A stretch of 64,000 bases of DNA from Eledone cirrhosa (taxonomy: Eukaryota): NCBI GenBank assembly GCA_964016885.1, contig OZ024740.1, positions 170,376,001-170,440,000 of the forward strand, in the 5' to 3' direction. The notes beneath the pieces are model-generated. The model did not search any database. It was not told the origin of the DNA and saw only the letters and a program-made list of their open reading frames with translations. How positions within the stretch are numbered: position 1 is the first letter of the stretch; each line of letters opens with the position of its first letter. The translations under genes were made by a program, and so were the position numbers. Shown here in pieces: positions 25,362-36,849 of the stretch.

Positions 25362-27454
25362 ATGGCTACGAAAAAGAAATTTCATACGTCACTCCCACTC
25401 ATTCCGTCTTCTTCCTCAATCATCACTACAGCAGAGAGAAGATTGTCTCTCTCCCTCCCTTCTTTAAATGTGTCTCTCTCCCTCCCTTCTCTTTCGCAAG
25501 TGACGAAAGAAAAGAAAAGTCTCGTGCAAAGCGTGCAAGGTTTCTCCACGACGACGACGACAGCGACGAAACAGGTGTGCGGGAAATACGAAAACCCAGT
25601 TCATTCGTCTGACGTCAGGAATAATAGCAGTAGCAGCCGTAATAACAACAGCAACAGTGACAATGAAAACAACAGTAGCAGCCGCAACAGCATCACCAGC
25701 AGCATAAACAACAACAGCATTAGCAGCAGCAACACCAACAACAACCACAGCAACAGCGGCGGAGGCAGTAGTCGTAGTACCTGCAGCAACAACAAAAGTA
25801 CCAGCAGCTCTGACGACAACAACAACAGCAGAGACAAACCAATCTCATTTGCAGGTATTGCGAAAAACTTGGAAACAATCCTCATAACAAATGAGGAATT
25901 AGAGGAAGCGAAGAAGATGGTGACAAAGAACGGACACCGAGCAATCTGCAAGGCAGCGAAAAATTTTTTCGAAACCCAAGAGCACTGTACGGTCACGTAC
26001 CGTACAGTAAGTACAAAATCCCGTAGGGTGGAAAGAGCCACAGAGGCCCAAATACAAAAAGCCTTGGGGTCTGTGTGGCAGAGGAAAACGCACATCACCC
26101 GAGGCAAAAAATACGCCACCGTAGACGTACTTTTTGCCACACCCCAGGAGGCAAAGGCCCAATCAGTAGTGACCCTAAGGAGCGAGGAAATGGTGTTGGT
26201 GCCCTCCTACTGCGGGCAAAAAATTGTGAGGGTCAAACTGACCCACGTCCCCCCCGGAATGACCCCTTCTTGGCTGGCCGCGTCTGTCCTCGTCGGAATC
26301 GAGGACAAAACAACTGTACTGCAAGTACAGAAAAAAGTAAGAGAAGATTGGGTCGGCTCCTCCATTGAGATGCTAATCCAAACCAACCAGGAGTGCATCG
26401 AAGCTATCCCGGATGTGATAGACTTCGATAACGGCACTCAACTGCCCATAAGTGTTGAGGGCAAACGCCCGAAATGCTTTCGCTGTGGATCGAAGACTCA
26501 CCTCAGGGCCTTCTGCAACGAGAAGACCCTGAGAAAGGAGAAAACCCCCCTCCTTCCGAATCCGGCTCCACGGCTACCAGCAACAGGACAAGCGGCAACC
26601 AGGAACGATAGGTCCGTGGCACCCATACCCACTCCACGAAATCAAAGACAGCAGCAGCAGTGGAAATATTAACAACAACAACAGCAATACCAAATGCAGC
26701 TGCAACAGAGACTCCAGTGCAAACATCACCAACAACAACAAGTGAAAGAGTGGAGCTGGTACCCCTCCCCGACCTCACAGAATCAGACATGGAGTGTGAG
26801 GTGGGAGAGGGATGGCAAAAGGTCGCAAGAAGGCACAAACGCAGAAGCAGCGCATCGTCGCCTTTGAAAAGTGAGGAAAGAAATGAGAAAAGGGTAAAGT
26901 CTACTGCAAAGAGACCCACAGCAGCAACAACACCAACACCATCACCACCCACACTAGCACCACCATCACCACCGGCGACAACCCCACCGCCAACAACACC
27001 TTCAACACCACCACCACAAGCACCAACATCGCAAACACAACAACAAAACACACACACCCAGCAACAACGACAAGAAAATAGCAGAACCACACCCCACCCC
27101 CAGAAAAACAAATGCACGGCAATAAATACACACAACAAGAAACTAATGACTTACATAATTGAACACACAGACATTTCACAACAGGACTACATAATACCAG
27201 CACCAATCAAAACGCCAACTAACATAAGACTGCTAAAAATAGCACAGAAACAATACACAAATATTAAAACGAAATTCCCCAACGCAGTTGGTGATTTCAG
27301 GGACCTAGGAGGAACCATCAATCGAAGAGTATACTCAGACATTCTCTTAGAAGAGCCGACGACCAGCCGAAGGGACGATTCAACGGTCCCTTCACCAGAC
27401 GATCAAGTGAAAAGGGATGTAAAAACCATCCCTCCTCTACCAAAAGTACGGTAA
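25362..27454 (+). pseudogene. Tx1 ORF1 type A (RRM-like region + CCHC knuckle), one frameshift near 26660
   Basis: ATG 25362; CFRCGSKTHLRAFC knuckle; ORF pieces 25326-26672 and 26660-27454; S/N- and P/T-rich tracts. Confidence 0.8.
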
Positions 27455-27489
27455 GTGGTCTTTCCCATCTTTTCCACTCTATTTTAAAC

Positions 27490-30400
27490 ATGACCTCACT
27501 CAGAATAGGCAGCATAAATGCGCGTGGCTTGGGGTCGTCATGGAAGCAGGGTCACCTGCTCAACGACCTCAGGTCACTAAACATAGATGTAGTGGCCATC
27601 AGCGAGACCAGAATCTCCGAAGCACGGGCCTTCGCACCGATCTTCGGCGGCTACGATGTGTACGCATCTCCCAGCCGTCCTGGATCCGGTGGAGGAGTTG
27701 CTGTACTTTTTCGGAGAGGTTTGGATCTCGCCATACGGGCCATCTTCCTGGACCCAGAGGGTAAGCTGGTGGTGCTGGACGTGACCAGCGGAGACGGGCA
27801 AGCTTTCAGGCTAGTGGCCGTCTATGCCCCGACAGGAGCAGGGCGGCCTGATTTCTTCCGGCGTCTGGAGACCTTTCTTGGAACGTCGCGCTCTTTAGTG
27901 TTAGTGGGCGACTGGAACGGGATCTTAGATGCACGCTGGGACTGTGTGGGATTAGCGGATAGGGGTGGAGGGTGCAAGAGCCTCACCAACCTGCTCAGGC
28001 GTTTTGAACTGTCTGACAGGTACCGATTGGATTTCCCGAATGTGCCAATGTGGACTTGGACAAACCGCATAGGGTCATCCAGATCATATCTAGATAGAGT
28101 ATTTTGTAGGGAAATAGATAGGTCTAGCATAGGCTGTCCACAATTCAAGATAGTCAGCTACACGGACCACAAATTCGTGATCTGTGTGCTTGACTTAGAT
28201 AGGCTTCATAGACGAGGACCCGGCTACTGGAAGCTAAACGCGTCCTTACCAGCGCGCAAGGCCTACAGAGACCGGATTAGCGAACTAGTTAAGCGGGCGT
28301 TGACGGGGGCCATCGTCAACAACAAGTGGTGGTTTGCTCTGAAAAGAGCGATTAGAATAGAATCGATTAGATTTAGTAAGGCTTTAGCAATAGAGAAAAA
28401 TAGAGCAGAGGGAGAACTAGTTAGAAAATTAGACGAGGCGCTTAGCAAAGGCATTGCGACCGACGTGCTTGCGGCGAAATTGGCCCTTGACCAATTCTTC
28501 AATGCAAAGCACGAAGGCTGCGTTGTCAGAGCAAGGGTGCGTGCTCTCAGACACGAGGGGACGAAAGCCGTTCAATGGGCCCGAGTGGCGGAGGCGCGTC
28601 GTGGCAACAAAGCCACGATCCGGTCTTTGGTGGACCACGACGGGCGCATGCTACTCGATCCCGGGCAAATGTGTGAAGCTTTTCAGCGACACTTCGCTCA
28701 GCTGTTCGGGGGCAGCGGTGGGCCGGGTAGAGGGATGGACTTTAGTGTCTACCTCGACGGACTGCCGCGGCTCTCGGCCAATGAGGCGAAGTGTTGCGAA
28801 AAGCCGATAACAGCCGCTGAAGTAAGGGAGGCAATGACTGGCTGCACAAGGGGTAAATCGCCTGGTTTGGATGGTCTGCCCTATGAACTTTACGTACAGA
28901 TGCCAGACTTGTTCGGAGGCCTCTTGGCGGACGTCTACTGCAACTGGCAACAGAACGGGAGAATTCCCAGTTATGTGAGCCGAGGAGCGGTGGCACTGCT
29001 GAGAAAGGATCCGAACAAGGGGGATAACATAGATAATTTCCGGCCCATAACTCTGCTAAACACTGAGTTCAAGATTTTGGCCAAGGTGCTAGCAAAGAGG
29101 TTGGCGCTTGTCGTTGGTGGTCTGGTGTGAGAGGCGCAGACATGCGCCATTCCCGACAGATCCATCCACGACAACCTCCACCTCATGCGATACATCGTAG
29201 AGAGGGTAGATAGGGAACCTGGCACGGGTGGGTCCTTGATCAATTTAGATCAGTCGAAAGCTTTCGATAGGGTCGACCATCGTTACCTAGCGGCAGTCCT
29301 GAGGGCGGCTGGCTTTGGGCCCGTCTTCAGAGGCTGGATCGCTGCCATGCACAGCGACATCTGCTCTGTGGTGAGAGTGAACGGTCACCTGTCGGAACCG
29401 TTCAACATCATGCGCTCGGTCCGCCAAGGATGTCCCCTCTCGTCCCTCTTGTACGTATTGACTCTCGAGCCATTACTGCACAAACTGGAGACGTTGAGGG
29501 GGGTCCCGCGCGAACTAGGATGCGGAAGATCCGTATCAGCATATGCGGACGATGTCACCGTAGTGGTGTCGAACGCCAAACACATCGAGGCGATCGGCAC
29601 TACACTAAGAGAATACGAAGCGGTGACAGGAGCAATGATCAACCAGGAAAAGTCAGTGGGCCTGCAGCTCGGCACCTGGAGAGGCAGGTCCATGCCGTCC
29701 AACAGCGTCGTCGGACGCTGGACGGACGGACCGGTTAAATTGCTAGGGGTCTGGTTCGGTCCGGACCTCCAGACGGACAAAAACTGGGACGAGGTGACGA
29801 GCAGGGTGGCTTCTCTCACCCAGAAATGGGCCGAGAGGAAGCTATCCCTGAAAGGTCGAGCGGAGGTGGCTAACGCGTACATCGCGTCCGTCATCTGCTA
29901 CCGCCTGACCGTCGTACCTTGTCCTAAGCCTCGCCTGACTGTGCTGGAGCGTTTGCTCTTTCGCTTTTTGTGGAAGGGACGCGCTCCGATGGTCAGGCGG
30001 TCCATCTGTTGTCAACACCCGCTACGTGGAGGGCTGGGCATGCCGTGGCTGATGATGCGCAGGCACGCGCTCAGGCTACGACATCTCCACCTCTTCCTCG
30101 ACGGTGATCAGGTGTGGTCGCCGTTTGCTAGACGCGTGTTTCCCCAGCTCGTTTCCTTGACGGAGCTGCAGTCCTGGGTCAAGCGAAGACCGAGAGGGAG
30201 CGCCTGGAGACTGGAATGTCTTCAGGCGCTCACAGCCCTCGACCAATCGGGCAATGTGATCGGTGGAAACTCCACCTCGGCGTTCTATAGAGGATTAGTG
30301 GAGGGGAAGAGCGACGACGTACTTGGGGAAACTCTAGGCGTCGACGAAAATCAACTAGCCAATCTCTTCGGAAGAACTTTCGGGCCAGGGCCTATGGACA

Positions 30401-30909
30401 ACTTCCAGAAATCTCTGGCCTGGCAGTGCTACCGAGGAGCCTTGCCAGTTCGGGATAAACTCTACAGGCATGGAGGTGCCGTCAGCCGGGCATGTACGAG
30501 ATGCGCGCAGGGCGACGAAACCGTCCTGCACGCACTCGTCCAGTGTCCGAAAATTGCTGACTTGTGGGTTTATGTCGAACACCTGCTGTCGCGTTTAGGA
30601 CGGATCCGGCTATCATCTGAGTCCATCGTGAGGATTGCCCCGCCCTCCTCCTTTAGCCGGGAAGGGCAGGCAGTTTTTATCTGCCTGGTGGCCATGGCGA
30701 AAGAGATAGTATGGTGGACACGTTTGAAAGGGCTGAAGACGAGCACTTACCTCTTCGGTGATGCTCTGATTGACTTTTTCAAATTTCATTTGAAAAGGAA
30801 AATCAGAGTAGAGAGGGAAGTGCTCTCTTCCCAGCATTTTGTTGAAAGATGGGTGAGAGAAGCAAGAATGGCCCGAGTGAATGGGCCTACTCTGAGCATA
30901 TATCTGTAA
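27490..30909 (+). pseudogene. Tx1 ORF2 (APE endonuclease + RT + zf-RVT) with a single nonsense codon
   Basis: SINARGL, ISETR, GDWN, YLDRV, TDHK; KSPGLDG, DQSKAFD, RQGCPLS, YADD; CTRC..HALVQC; GGA>TGA at 29128-29130 relative to copy B, same frame continues. Confidence 0.93.
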
Positions 30910-31169
30910 ATTAAAGGTGGAAAACTGGGAGAGGGCACTTGCCTTGGTGGTCAGGGTCATTGTGGCTTTTTACTGGGCTTTCCCCACAAATGTCCCTCCG
31001 AAGTCTCCCCCCTATTGGGGAATTTTTCATTGTTATTTTCATTGTTAATTTTGTTACATCCTCTGTTTTTGTTTTTTTACACGCAGAAATGCCCATTTGT
31101 ACCGTCCTGCATTGTCCTGCACTGTCCTTAATGTCTACTTTATGTAAACCCTTGTGGTTAATAAAGAAA

Positions 31170-31222
<53 letters not shown>

Positions 31223-31435
31223 GGCGACCTACGTAGGAAATCTTATCATTGTGAGCTCCGCAAAGGTTTGTTGTTTTCGATTGTTTAAAATTGCCATTTA
31301 TGGAAATTTTTTGTTGTTAACTGTTTATAAGGTCACAAAATTTGCTTTCGGAAAAGGACACTCATAAAGATTGGGGCCTTAAGCCCAAAATTTAAACTTT
31401 TATAATTATCAAACAAAAAATTTATTTAAAAAATC

Positions 31436-33095
31436 ATGAACGACTCACAACTACACCATCGTCACAAACTAACACCTCACACCGACACCACCATTGTAAA
31501 TATTACTGCGTTTGCCAACACTAAAAATATAAGCAGTAGCAATAATTTAAATTTGTCTCATGCAGACATTTATTTCCCGCCATTACCAATAACTGCAGGT
31601 GTTGAAGCCGCCACCCCCACCACCACCACAGCGACAACAGAAACAAAAGAAAAAAATAAATTATCTCGTGACATCGAAATGGATTCACCCAGAATGGAAT
31701 CTTCCACACCGAACACCACAGACACCACCACCGCCACGAGTGGAACGGGCATCTGAGTCACAAATCCAAAAAGCTTTGGGACATGTGTGGGCAAAAATAA
31801 CCCACATCAGACGTGGGCAGAAATATGGGACCGTGGACGTGTTCTTTGGAACACCACAGGAGGCCAGAGAGCACTCCATGGCTCCATTAAGAAGTGACGA
31901 CTTCACACTCGTCCCAAGCTATTGTGGCTAGAGACTCGTAAAGATCAGGGTGACCAACGTTCCACCGGCCATCGAAATTCCATAGCTAATGGCTGCCGTC
32001 CTAGCCGGCATCGAGGCCAACACCAAAATAATGGAAATAGCAAAGGAAAAACAAGAGAACTGGTCCGGATCTGGGATGGAGCTCCTGATCCAAGCGGACC
32101 AAAACAGCATTGAGGAGATCCCAGAGGTAATAGACCTCACTGACGGCAGCCACCTCACCTTATTCGTCGAGGGTAGAAGGCATAGGTGTGTCGTTTGTGG
32201 TGAAGGAACCCACCTAAGAGATTTCTGCCCTCAGGCTAAAAAGTTGAGACCACCTCTCTTACCCACCCCAGTGACTCAACCATCAACACCACCAGCAGCA
32301 GAAATGGCAGCAACAATTGTAGCAGCAACAATTGTAGCAGCAACAACTGTAGCAGCAACAACCCCAGCAACAGTAGCAAAACCAACACCACCACCACCCA
32401 ACGCGCCAAAACTAGCACCAGCGCCTACACCATCCACCACGCCACAACCAAAACCAACGCCTGTGGAGGATTTTCCACTCCCCGACCTATCACAACTGGA
32501 GACAGATTGTGACGGCAATGAGTGGGAAACGGTATCAGGAAAAAAAAAAAGGAAAATGAAGCCAAAAAAGAAAAAAAATCCTCTTCCTTCCCCCTCCAAA
32601 AACAAAATACAGAAGGAAAAAAATAAACTATCAAACAAAAAAGTTAGGACAGCTATGACACCATCCACACCAGCATTACCAACCCCATCACCACAAACAC
32701 CAACACAACCACCATCATTAACCCCAACACCACCATCACCAACACCACAAAAGTCACCAAAAAGCGAAACAGAAACAAAACAAAACAACTAAAACGATAC
32801 ACACTACACAGCATTAAATTTGAACAACAACCAACTATTACACTACATCCAAAACAACACCAGCATCACAGAAAAAGACTATACAACAACCCAAAAGTTC
32901 ACACGACCTCCACACATACAAATCACTCGCATCACACAGAAAACGTACATGACACTAAAACAAAAATTCCCCAAAGACATCGGAGACTTCCCACAAAAAC
33001 TCTCCAGGAGGATTTATAAGGACATCCTTCCGGAGGAGGCCACAAGCAGTGAAAGGGATGGAGAAACCATCCTTCCTCTACGAGAAGTAAGGTAA
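31436..33095 (+). pseudogene. Tx1 ORF1 type B, disrupted
   Basis: RVERASESQIQKALGHVW, LVPSYCG, CVVCGEGTHLRDFC; stops, frameshift and a deletion relative to copy C. Confidence 0.8.
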
Positions 33096-33129
33096 GTGAT
33101 CTTTCCCATCTTTTCCACTCCATTTCAAC

Positions 33130-36100
33130 ATGACTTCACTCAGAATAGGCAGCATAAATGCGCGTGGCTTGAGGTCGTCATGGAAGCAGGAACACCTGCT
33201 CAACGACCTCAGGTCCCTGAACAGAGATGTAGTGGCCATCAGTGAGACCAGAATCTCCGAAGCACGGGGCTTCGCACCGCTGTTCGGTGGCTACGATGTG
33301 TACGCAACTCCTAGCCGCCTTGGATCGGGGCGAGGAGTTGCTGTGCTTTTTCGGAGAGGTTTGGATCTCGCCGTACGGCCCATCTTCCTGGACCCAGAAG
33401 GTAAGTTGATATTGCTGGACGTGACCAGCGGAGAGGGGCAAGTTTTCAGGCTAGTGGCCGTCTATGCCCCGACAGGAGCAGGGCGGCCTGATTTCTTCCG
33501 GCGTCTGGAGACCTTTCTTGGAACGTCCCGCTCTTTAGTGTTAGTGGGCGACTGGAATGGGATCTTAGATGCACGCTGGGACTGTGTGGGATTATCGGAT
33601 AGGGAAGGAGGGTGCAAGAGTCTCACCAACCTGCTCAGACGTTTTGAACTGTCTGACAGGTACCGAATGGATTTCCCGAATGTACCAATGTGGACTTCGA
33701 CAAATCGCATAGGGTCATCCAGATCATATCTAGATAGAGTATTTTGTAGGGAAATAGATAGGTCTAGCAAAGGCTGTCCACAATTCAAGATAGTCAGCTA
33801 CACGGACCACAAATTCGTGATCTGTGTGCTTGACTTAGATAGGCTTCATAGACGAGGACCCGGCTACTGGAAGCTAAACGCGTCCTTACCAGCGCGCAAG
33901 GCCTACAGAGACCGGATTAGCGAACTAGTTAAGCGGGCGTTGACGGGGGCCATCGTCAACAACAAGTGGTGGTTTGCTCTGAAAAGAGCAATTAGAATAG
34001 AGTCCATTAGGTTTAGTAAGGCTTTAGCAATAGAGAAAAATAGAGCAGAGGGAGAATTAGTTAGAAAATTAGATGAGGCGCTTTGCAAAGGCATCGCGAC
34101 CGACGTACTTGCGGCGAAATTGGCCCTTGCCCAATTCTTCAATGCAAAGCACGAAGGCTGCGTTGTCAGAGATAGGGTGCGTGCTCTCAGACACGAGGGG
34201 ACGAAAGCCGTTCAATGGGCCCGAGTGGCGGAGGCGCGCCGTGGCAACAAAGCCACGATCCGGTCTTTGGTGGACCACGACGGGCGCATGCTACTCGATC
34301 CCGGGCAAATGTGTGAAGATTTTCATCGACACTTCGCTCAACTGTTCGGGGGCAGTGGCGGGCCGGGTCGAGGGATGGACTTTAGTGTCTACCTCGACGG
34401 ACTGCCGCGGCTTTCGGCCACTGAGGCGGAGTTTTGCGAAAAGCCGATAACAACCGCTGAAGTACGGGATGCAATTACTAGTTGCACAAGGGGTAAATCG
34501 ACTGGTTTGGATGGTCTTCCCTATGAACTTTACGTACAAATGCCAAACTTGTTCGGAGGCCTCTTGGCGGACGTCTACTGCAACTGGCAACAGAACGGGA
34601 GAATTCCCAGCTCTGTGAGCCGAGGAGCGGTGGCGCTGCTGAGAAAGGAACCGAACAAGGAGGATAACATAGATAATTTTAGGCCCATAACTCTGCTAAA
34701 CACAGAGTTCAAGATTTTGGCCAAAGTGCTAGCAAAGAGGTTGGCACTTGTCGTTGGTGGTCTGGTGGGAGAGGCACAGACATGCGCCATTCCCGACAGA
34801 TCCATCCACGACAACCTCCACCTCATGCAATACATCGTAGAGAGGGTAGCTAGGGAACCTGGCACGGGTGGGTCTTTGATAAATTTAGATCATTCGAAAG
34901 CCTTCGATAGGGTCGACCATCGTTACCTAGCGGCAGTCCTGAGGGCGGCTGGCTTTGGGCCCGTCTTCAGAGGCTGGATCGCTGCCATGCACAGCGACAT
35001 CTGCTCTGTAGTGAGAGTGAACGGTCACCTTTCGGAACCGTTCAACATCATGCGCTCGGTCCGCCAAGGATGTCCCCTCTCGTCCCTATTGTACGTATTG
35101 ACTCTCGAGCCATTACTGCACAAACTGGAGACGTTGAGGGGGGTCCCGCGCGAACTAAGATGCGGAAGATCCGTGTCAGCATATGCCGACGATGTCACCG
35201 TAGTGGTGTCGAACGCCAAACACATCGAGGCGATCGGCACTACACTAAGAGAATACGAAGCGGTGACAGGAACAATGATCAACCAGGAAAAGTCAGTGGG
35301 CCTGCAGCTCGGCACCTGGAGAGGCAGGTCCATGCCGTCCAACAGCGTCGTCGGGCGCTGGACGGACGGACCGGTTAAATTGCTAGGGGTCTGGTTCGGT
35401 CCAGACCTCCAGACGGACAAAAACTGGGACGAGGTGACGAGCAGCGTGGCTTCTCTCACCCAGAAATGGGCCGAGAGGAAGCTATCCCTGAAAGGTCGAG
35501 CGGAGGTGGCTAACGGGTACATCGCGTCCGTCATCTACTACCGCCTAACCGTCGTACCTTGTCCTAAGCCCCACCTGACTGCGCTGCAGCGTTTGCTCTT
35601 TCGCTTCTTGTGGAAGGGACGCGCTCCGATGGTCAGGCGGTCCATCTGCTGTCAACACCCGCTACGTGGAGGGCTGGGCATGCCGTGGCTGATGATGCGC
35701 AGACACGCGCTCAGGCTACGACATCTCCACCTCTTCCTCGACGGTGATCAGGTGTGGTCGCCGTTTGCTAGACACGTTTTTCCCCAGCTCGTCTCCTTGA
35801 CGGAGCTACAGTCCTGGGTCAAGCGAAGACCGAGAGGGAGCGCTTGGAGACTGGAATGTCTTCAGGCGCTCACAGCCCTCGACCAATCGGGCAATGTGAT
35901 CGGTGGAAACTCCACCTTGGCGTTCTATAGGGGATTAGTAGAAGGGAAGAGCGACGACGTACTTGGAGAAACTCTAGGCGTCGACGAAAATCAACTAGCC
36001 AATCTCTTCGGAAGGACTTTCGGGCCGCGGCCTATGGACAACTTCCAGAAATCTCTGGCCTGGCAGTGCTACCGGGGTGCTTTGCCAGTTCGGGATAAAC

Positions 36101-36548
36101 TTTACAGGCATGGAGGTGCCGTCAGCCGGGCATGTCCGAGATGCGCACAGGGCAACGAACCGTCCTGCACGCACTCGTCCAGTGTCCGAGCATTGCTGAC
36201 TTGTGGGTTTATGTCGAACACCTGCTGTCACGTGTAGGACGGATCCAGCTATCAGCTGAGTCCATCGTGAGGATTGCCCCGCCCTCTTCCTTTAGCCGGG
36301 AAGGGCAGGCAGTTTTTATCTGTCTGGTGGCCATGGCGAAAGAGATAGTATGGTGGACACGTTTGAAAGGGCTGAAGACGAGCACTTACCTCTTCGGTGA
36401 TGCCCTGATTAACTTTTTCAAATTTCATCTGAAAAGGAAAATCAGGGTAGAGAGGGAAGTGCTCTCTTCCCAGCATTTTGTTGAAAGATGGGTGAGAGAA
36501 GCAAGTATGGCCCGAATGAATGGGCCTTCTCTGAGTATGTGTCTGTAA
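33130..36548 (+). pseudogene. Tx1 ORF2 copy B, 1-nt frameshift near 36158
   Basis: 1035-aa ORF nearly identical to ORF2 of copy A; C-terminus continues in ORF 36132-36548. Confidence 0.93.
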
Positions 36549-36791
36549 ATTAAAGGTGGAAAACTGGGAGAGGGCACTTGCCCTGGTGGTCAGGGCCACT
36601 GTGGTCTTTTAATGGGCTTTCTCCACAAATGTCCCTCGGAAGTCTCCCCCCTATTGGGGAATTTTTCTTTGTTATTTTATTTCATCCTCTGTTTTTTTTA
36701 CACGCAGAAATGCCCATTTGTACCGTCCTGTATTGTCCTGTACTGTCCTTAATGTCTACTTTATGTAAACCCTTGTGGTTAATAAAGAAAA

Positions 36792-36849
<58 letters not shown>

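Larger units (their letters stand above)
25146..31170 (+). mobile_element. Full-length L1/Tx1-clade LINE copy A (ORF1 type A)
   Basis: (ATT)n at 25124-25145 and 31172-31222; ORF1, ORF2 and 3'UTR ending AATAAAGAAA. Confidence 0.93.
31223..36792 (+). mobile_element. Full-length Tx1 LINE copy B (5'UTR/ORF1 type B)
   Basis: Starts GGCGACCTAC right after (ATT)n; ends AATAAAGAAAAC + (ATT)n 36793-36849. Confidence 0.93.

Noticed and set aside
29128-29130. In-frame TGA in ORF2 as selenocysteine or programmed readthrough
   Set aside because: Copies B, C and D have GGA (Gly); a simple nonsense mutation or sequencing error
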